From positions 1 through 43,309 of the forward strand of contig JAFUZI010000078.1 in NCBI GenBank assembly GCA_017476705.1: a stretch of 43,309 nucleotides of DNA. Reading direction: 5' to 3'. The notes under the pieces are model-generated. The model worked only from the letters and a program-made list of their open reading frames with translations, made no database searches and had not been told where the DNA came from. Positions 38,135-43,309 of this stretch are shown here, piece by piece. Made by a program: the position numbers and the translations under genes. Origin of the DNA: Bacilli bacterium. Its GTDB lineage: Bacteria > Bacillota_I > Bacilli_A > RF39 > UBA660. Each line of letters starts with the position of its first letter. The stretch's first letter is position 1.

Positions 38135-39103
38135 GTGGGCCACTGCGAAAGCAAAGTGGACCACTGCCACGAAGTGGCATATAGTCTTGTTTCTTATGAT
38201 ACATTAACATGTTTATTAATGAAGATTGAAAAAATAAGCAATAATACTGAAATTGGGCTTAATTCAAAAAGTAATGTTTCTGTAAAAGAGATGGACAATA
38301 TAACAGAAGTAAGATACTCTTTAAATAATGTTGGCGGTTTTATTAAAAAGATAGATAAAGATTATTACTATGACATAAGAACTGGCGAGGTTAAACAATT
38401 TAAACATACAGACAATAGAAAACAAAATAAGGAAAGTGTTTCTCGTAGTTTAAGAAATTTAAGAGATATTATTAATACTAATATTATTGATTATAAAAAA
38501 GTGCTATGGATAACTTTAACTTATAAAGAAAATATGACTGATAGTAAAAGATTGTATAATGATTTTCGCAAATTTCATATGAGATTAAAAAGGTATATAA
38601 AGAAAAATAATTTACCTAACTATGAATATATAAATGTAGGGGAACCTCAAAGAAGAGGTGCTTGGCATTTACATATCTTACTGATTTTTAGTAAAACTGC
38701 TCCTTTTATTAAAAAAACTATATTAGAAAGAATATGGGGTTTTGGTTTCGTATCTATAAATAAATTAAAGCAAATTGATAATGTTGGTGTTTATTTGACG
38801 GCTTATCTTTCTAACTATTGTTTAGATCAAGATGAAGCCGAATTAAACACTAATAAAAAATCTATTATTAAAGGTGCTCGATTAAGAATGTATCCACCTG
38901 GTTTTAAAATATATCGTTGTAGCAAAGGAATAAAAAAACCAATTAAATATGATTGTATAGAAGAAGATATACAAGAAAAATTATCAAATGATATTTTGAC
39001 ATATCAAAAAACAATTCAACTTGTAAAAGAAGATGGAAAAATTATTAATAAATTAAATTATAGACATTATAATAAAATTAAAAAAGTGAAAGCGAATAAG
39101 TAA
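38135..39103 (+). CDS. HUH-type rolling-circle Rep / relaxase-like protein; start uncertain (GTG 38135 or ATG 38219)
   Basis: QRRGAWHLHILLIF (HUH motif) and GVYLTAYLSNY (Tyr motif). Confidence 0.72.
   Translation: MGHCESKVDHCHEVAYSLVSYDTLTCLLMKIEKISNNTEIGLNSKSNVSVKEMDNITEVRYSLNNVGGFIKKIDKDYYYDIRTGEVKQFKHTDNRKQNKESVSRSLRNLRDIINTNIIDYKKVLWITLTYKENMTDSKRLYNDFRKFHMRLKRYIKKNNLPNYEYINVGEPQRRGAWHLHILLIFSKTAPFIKKTILERIWGFGFVSINKLKQIDNVGVYLTAYLSNYCLDQDEAELNTNKKSIIKGARLRMYPPGFKIYRCSKGIKKPIKYDCIEEDIQEKLSNDILTYQKTIQLVKEDGKIINKLNYRHYNKIKKVKANK
38138..38180 (+). other. Candidate oriT / nick region: tandem GC-rich hairpins
   Basis: CCACTGC is repeated at 38140-38146 and 38161-38167. AAGTGG is repeated at 38154-38159 and 38172-38177. 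CCACT/AGTGG stems form, and the first has an inner GC-GAAA-GC tetraloop. Confidence 0.45.
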
Positions 39104-39206
39104 TGAGAGCGAGGAAGTAATAGCATTTTGATAAGGAAGTGATGAAAAATGTTATATAACATAATGTTTAGTATTTTTTCATACTCTTTAATAAAGAGGT
39201 GTAAAA

Positions 39207-39335
39207 ATGGGAGACTACAATATTGTAGTTGTTAACGATTATAATTCTAATGCTATTACCGATACACAACTTTCAGATATATTAAATCAGCTACTTGCTA
39301 AATTGATAATATTTTATGAGGAAAATGTTTCTTAA
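39207..39335 (+). CDS. Tiny ORF (42 aa) upstream of the recombinase; possible directionality factor, very uncertain
   Basis: ATG follows AAAGAGGTG: MGDYNIVVVNDYNSNAITDTQLSDILNQLLAKLIIFYEENVS. Confidence 0.2.
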   Translation: MGDYNIVVVNDYNSNAITDTQLSDILNQLLAKLIIFYEENVS

Positions 39336-39340
39336 AATGG

Positions 39341-39369
39341 TTGAGATAATACAAAAAAACATATATAAT
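39341..39369 (+). promoter_or_regulatory. SigmaA-like promoter upstream of the recombinase gene
   Basis: TTGAGA (39341-39346), 17-nt spacer, TATAAT (39364-39369). Confidence 0.4.
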
Positions 39370-39416
39370 GAATTTGTATTATCTTTACCTCAATTTTTAG
39401 GAAGGAATGGTAAGAA

Positions 39417-41507
39417 TTGAGGAATAATAAGGAGAGTGAATTTAATAATTTTGATAATACAAAGGATTATAATATACATGAAACCATTGAATTTAAGAAC
39501 ATAAAAGAAGTGTTATTTGAAGATAATTTAGAATACATGACAGATTATTTGAGAAACTTATTAAAAGTTGAGAAACCTAATAATCTTGATTGCTTTAAGC
39601 AAAAATTATTTTTAACTAATGCAAATCAAAATGGCAAAAGAGCTATAATATATGTAAGATTATCTGTAGAAGATATAGAAAAATCAGATGGTAATGTTAG
39701 TAAAAGTATATTAAATCAGCTTTTAATGTTATTAACTTATTGTAGAGATAAAGGACTATATGTAGTAGGAATATTTTATGAAGAGGGAATAAGCGGTAGT
39801 GATGGTAGCCGTGAAGAATGGAATAAAACACTAACATTTTGTGAACTTGGTAATACTGATATTTATATTTGCAAAAGTCAATCTAGATTTGCAAGAAGTA
39901 TAGAGTTTGTAGAAAAATATTTACATAAGAAATTTATAGAGTGGAATATAAGGTTTTTAAGCATTGTTGATAATATTGATACTAACAATAAAGGAAATAA
40001 GAAATCTAGTCAAATAACAGCTATGACAGACCAATGGCGACTAGAAGACCAATCTGTTTCTACTAGAAGTACATTTAAAGCTAAAAATGAAGCTGGACAA
40101 TGGACTGGGTCATTTGCACCATATGGCTATGATGAAGACCCTAGCGATAGGTACCATTTTGTTATAGATGAAGAGGCAGCTAAAGTTGTGAGGGATATTT
40201 ATTCTATGTATGCTAATGGACTTGGATATTTTAAAATATGTAAAATTTTAAATGATAAAAATATACCAACACCTAGTAGATATAAAAAATTAAAAGGCTC
40301 AAATTATGTTTGCCCAGTAGCACCAAATGGAAGTACTTATTGGAATAAAGATACTATTAGAAAAATATTAATGGATAAAACCTATGATGGAATATTAATA
40401 CAACACAGAACTGAAAACATTTCTTATGATAACGATAAACGAAGAATTATACCAGAAGAAGAACAAAGAGTAGTAGCTTGTTGTCATGAAAGAATAATTG
40501 ACCCTAATATTTCAAAAATAGTAAGAAAAAAATTTGATGATAGAAAGAAAAAAGACCTTTTATCTTTATCAAAAAGAGAAACTAGTTCTTTAATTTCATT
40601 AATTGAAAATGCTATTGAAAATGGCAATATCATAGAAGAACAGATTTTAGAATTAAAATATAAAATATCTTTATTAAATAATGCTTTAGTAACCAATAAT
40701 ATAGAAGATATTATAATTAAGTTCAATGATTTAAGAGCTTATTCTTCAACTATTAATTCACAACTACAAAAAGATATACAAGATGGTATAGAAGTGTTTA
40801 CAACTTCTAAATCTAGAGTAAGACCAAGCAAAGATGGTAAAATACATATATTTAGTAAAAAAGTATATTGTAAGTGTTGTGGTAAAACTTTTACTAAAGA
40901 AGCTTATAAGACTGGACCACGAAAAAGTGGTAAAACTAAAGCATATTTAAAATGTAAAAATAGATTACAAACTGGTGGCTCTGCTTGTGATAATAATAAT
41001 TCAATACAATATGAGAAATTAGAAGAAGTTGTTTTAAATGAAATTAATAGTCTTATTAATAAATATTATAATCAATCAAAATTAGAAAAAAGCTATTATG
41101 AAAATAAAAATCATTCAAATATCAAAAGAGATATAGAAGTATTAGAAAAAGAAAAAAACGATTTAAGCAAACAGATTGCATTAAATAGTGAAAGATTTGC
41201 ACTATTATATGAAGATAGGGCAAATAAAATAATAACAACAGATGAATTTGTTATGCTTAAGAATAAATATCAAAATGATAACAATAGTTATAATTTACGA
41301 ATAGAAGAGATAAATTTAGAAATATCAGAACTAGAAAACAAAAAGGATAATCAACAAAATATATGTGACATTTTTAAAAAATATAAACATATTAGTAAAT
41401 TAGATAGAATTATTGTTGATACATTTATTTCAAAAATTTTAATTGATAAAATTGATAAAGGAACTAATACAAGAGAAATTAAAATAATATGGAACTTTAA
41501 TTTATAA
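39417..41507 (+). CDS. Large serine recombinase (integrase); TTG start uncertain
   Basis: Catalytic IIYVRLS…, SQSRFARS, recombinase domain (PYGYDED…VVRDIYSMYANG…ILNDKNIPTP), zinc ribbon CKCCGK…CKNRLQTGGSAC, and a C-terminal coiled coil. Confidence 0.9.
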   Translation: MRNNKESEFNNFDNTKDYNIHETIEFKNIKEVLFEDNLEYMTDYLRNLLKVEKPNNLDCFKQKLFLTNANQNGKRAIIYVRLSVEDIEKSDGNVSKSILNQLLMLLTYCRDKGLYVVGIFYEEGISGSDGSREEWNKTLTFCELGNTDIYICKSQSRFARSIEFVEKYLHKKFIEWNIRFLSIVDNIDTNNKGNKKSSQITAMTDQWRLEDQSVSTRSTFKAKNEAGQWTGSFAPYGYDEDPSDRYHFVIDEEAAKVVRDIYSMYANGLGYFKICKILNDKNIPTPSRYKKLKGSNYVCPVAPNGSTYWNKDTIRKILMDKTYDGILIQHRTENISYDNDKRRIIPEEEQRVVACCHERIIDPNISKIVRKKFDDRKKKDLLSLSKRETSSLISLIENAIENGNIIEEQILELKYKISLLNNALVTNNIEDIIIKFNDLRAYSSTINSQLQKDIQDGIEVFTTSKSRVRPSKDGKIHIFSKKVYCKCCGKTFTKEAYKTGPRKSGKTKAYLKCKNRLQTGGSACDNNNSIQYEKLEEVVLNEINSLINKYYNQSKLEKSYYENKNHSNIKRDIEVLEKEKNDLSKQIALNSERFALLYEDRANKIITTDEFVMLKNKYQNDNNSYNLRIEEINLEISELENKKDNQQNICDIFKKYKHISKLDRIIVDTFISKILIDKIDKGTNTREIKIIWNFNL

Positions 41508-41531
41508 TTCCTTGTATAAGAGAATGCCCGA

Positions 41532-42071
41532 CATGGAGGATTAGATCCTGGTGCATTATATGGTGGAATAAAAGAAAAAGATATTAATCTGGAAATATCA
41601 AAAAAATTAGACAATGGACTAACTAAATTAGGAGCTATTGTCTATATGACCAGAGATGGTGATTATGATTTGTCAGCAATTAGAACAAATAATAGAAAAA
41701 GAAGTGATTTATCTAGAAGGGTTAATTTAATAAATAAATCAAAGTGTGATATATTTTTATCAATTCATTTAAATGCTGAAGATACAAATTCTTGGAAAGG
41801 CGCTCAGGTATTTTATGATGATATTAATAGTTCAAATAAAAAATTGGCTATGGTATTGCAACAACAGCTAAAACGCGATTTAAAAACATCTAGAAAGATA
41901 AAAAAAGTTGATAAACTATATCTTCAAAAGAGAATTACTGTTCCGGGTGTTTTAATAGAAATTGGCTTTTTAAGCAATCCTAATGAAAGATATCTACTTA
42001 AATCTAATAATTATCAAGAAAAAGTTGTGAATTCAATTACCAAAGGGATATTATTATACTTTAATGATTGA
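41532..42071 (+). pseudogene. cwlD: 3' fragment of cwlD (catalytic Amidase_3 domain from HGG onward)
   Basis: The frame is open from 41520: HGGLDPGALYGGIKEKDINLEI…YMTRDGDYDL…SIHLNA…WKGAQVFY…PGVLIEIGFLSNPNE…KGILLYFND, collinear with B. subtilis CwlD. Confidence 0.85.
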
Positions 42072-42108
42072 TAGATATGTGTTATAATGTTATTGTAAGA
42101 TTGGGAGG

Positions 42109-43047
42109 ATGTCTATGAGTAAAAAGACATTTAAAACACTTGATGAGCAAGTTAAGATTTTAAGAGACAAGGGCTTGATTATAAATGATGAAGATAAAGT
42201 AAAAGAAATTCTTTTTAGAGAAAATTATTTTTTCATAAATGGATACAGACATCTATTTCAGCGAAATGATGTGGATAATACTTTTATTGCTGGGACAACA
42301 TTTGAAGAATTATATGGTGCATTTATTTTTGATAGAAATATAAGAAATATTATGTTTAAGTATATCTTAATTATTGAGAATAATGTTAAATCTGTTATTG
42401 GATACCAAATGTCTAGAAAATATGGTTTTAAAGAAAAAGATTATTTAAATCCTAAAAATTTTAATCAAGATAATATAAAAATTAGACAAGTATATGATGT
42501 TTTAAATAAGGTAAAACGACAACTTAGGATTAATGGAAGACAACATGCTGCAACAAGCCATTATATAAATAATTATGGTTATATTCCAATGTGGGTACTT
42601 GTTAAAGTATTGTCTTTTGGAATTATATCAGAATTATATGGCATTTTAAAAATTGAAGATCAAATTTCAATATCAAGTTATTATGGTATTAATTCATCAA
42701 CTTTACAAGTTTACTTGCAAATATTATCTAATTTTAGAAACTTGTGTGCGCATGAAGATATTTTGTATGATCATAGGATTCAAAAAGTAATACCAGATTG
42801 TATATATCATGAGCGTTTAAATATTGAAAAAACTGACGATGAATATAAATATGGTAAAAATGATTTATTCGCATTAATTATTATTATGAAAGAAATGCTT
42901 TCAAAAGAGGAATTTAACGACATGTTGTATCAAATTGGCTATGAAGTTGATGTGTTAGATGGAAAGGTTGATACTGTTCCTCTAAAAACAATTTTAAATA
43001 AAATGGGATTCCCAAGTAACTTTAGGGATATTAAAGAAATGGAGTAG
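42109..43047 (+). CDS. Abi_2 family (AbiD/AbiF-like) abortive-infection protein
   Basis: 312 aa. The N-terminus (KTLDEQVKILRDKGLII.DE…NYFFINGY) and FDRNIRNIMFKYILIIEN…CAHED are typical of Abi-like PF07751 proteins. Confidence 0.68.
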   Translation: MSMSKKTFKTLDEQVKILRDKGLIINDEDKVKEILFRENYFFINGYRHLFQRNDVDNTFIAGTTFEELYGAFIFDRNIRNIMFKYILIIENNVKSVIGYQMSRKYGFKEKDYLNPKNFNQDNIKIRQVYDVLNKVKRQLRINGRQHAATSHYINNYGYIPMWVLVKVLSFGIISELYGILKIEDQISISSYYGINSSTLQVYLQILSNFRNLCAHEDILYDHRIQKVIPDCIYHERLNIEKTDDEYKYGKNDLFALIIIMKEMLSKEEFNDMLYQIGYEVDVLDGKVDTVPLKTILNKMGFPSNFRDIKEME

Positions 43048-43051
43048 TTGT

Positions 43052-43309
43052 ATGGATAAAAAAATAGTTATGTCACTTTTATCTTCTGTCTTGGCTTTGG
43101 CATTGATTTTATGCATAAATGTTACCAATATTAATAAAAATAGTAAAATGGATGCATTAAAGTTTAAGGCAGAATATGAATCATTAAATGGTAAAAAAAA
43201 TAAAAATAATAAAGAATATGTACATGTTGAAATAAATAAGAATAATCCATTTGTGTATGCTAGTTTTGATGAAGTAATAGATACATTAAAAAATGGGACA
43301 GGTGTTATA
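43052..43309 (+). CDS. N-terminal part of a membrane-anchored/secreted protein (possibly thioredoxin-like); runs off the window
   Basis: MDKKIVMSLLSSVLALALILC signal/anchor, then …FKAEYESLNG…NPFVYASFDEVIDTLKNGTGVI. Confidence 0.35.
   Translation, partial: MDKKIVMSLLSSVLALALILCINVTNINKNSKMDALKFKAEYESLNGKKNKNNKEYVHVEINKNNPFVYASFDEVIDTLKNGTGVI

Larger units (their letters stand above)
33478..41536 (+). mobile_element. About 8.05-kb integrated element (IME/ICE-like) inserted in cwlD, bounded by a 5-bp CATGG repeat
   Basis: CATGG occurs at 33478-33482 and 41532-41536. Joining the flanks restores an intact cwlD frame. The element carries a serine recombinase, an XRE repressor, an FtsK-like ATPase and a Rep. 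Confidence 0.82.

Noticed and set aside
33478-41536. Interpreting the cwlD insertion as a prophage or phage remnant
   Set aside because: It has no capsid, terminase, portal, tail or lysis genes. At 8 kb, with FtsK-like, HelP-like and Rep genes, its content fits an integrative mobilisable or conjugative-type element.
41351-41614. 87-aa minus-strand ORF spanning the right junction
   Set aside because: It is antisense to both the recombinase 3' end and the cwlD 3' fragment. Its translation is hydrophobic and low-complexity, and it has no SD.
1-43309. Possibility of a Mollicutes-type genetic code (TGA = Trp), given the very low GC
   Set aside because: TGA terminates well-conserved genes at the expected length (e.g. 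map at 24020-24022). Trp positions in conserved proteins are encoded by TGG. All conserved ORFs are intact under code 11.
1-43309. tRNA, rRNA and CRISPR arrays, and large tandem repeats
   Set aside because: I found no regularly spaced direct repeats and no cloverleaf-like GC-rich segments of 70-90 nt in the intergenic regions. This was visual inspection only; tRNAscan/Infernal/CRISPR tools were not run.

Overview
AT-rich (by eye about 70% A+T) chromosomal window from a low-GC Bacillota-type bacterium that appears to form spores (CotF-like genes, cwlD, soj/spo0J). It uses standard code 11, since TGA serves as a stop (e.g. map). nt 1-12.3 kb holds housekeeping genes: the 3' end of an acidic protein, ung, tilS, ftsH, a CotF-like pair, soj-spo0J, an MscS-like channel, DUF951, an AbgT-like transporter, ychF, BI-1 and rpsF-ssb-rpsR. 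nt 12.4-26.6 kb is a complete S10-spc-alpha ribosomal supercluster (rpsJ to rplQ with secY, adk, map, infA, rpmJ, rpoA) with no rpmD. nt 26.7-32.8 kb is an atypical rplQ-truA interval (hypothetical gene, SDR, orphan type IV pilin-like gene, two catalytically degenerate EcfA-like ATPases, no ecfT), followed by truA, rplM-rpsI and a SAM methyltransferase. nt 32.8-43.3 kb is accessory. Main finding: the germination amidase gene cwlD is split (5' piece 33358-33482, 3' piece 41532-42071) by an 8,054-bp integrated element bounded by a 5-bp CATGG repeat. The element carries a large serine recombinase 24 nt from the right junction, an XRE repressor, and a HelP-like / FtsK-like / HUH-Rep DNA-processing module with a GC-rich twin-hairpin oriT candidate. 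Its cargo is of unknown function: an RHH regulator, a coiled-coil membrane protein and a Cys-rich lipoprotein. An Abi_2 (AbiD/F-like) gene flanks cwlD. I saw no rRNA, tRNA or CRISPR array. All family assignments come from reading the translations, not from database searches.
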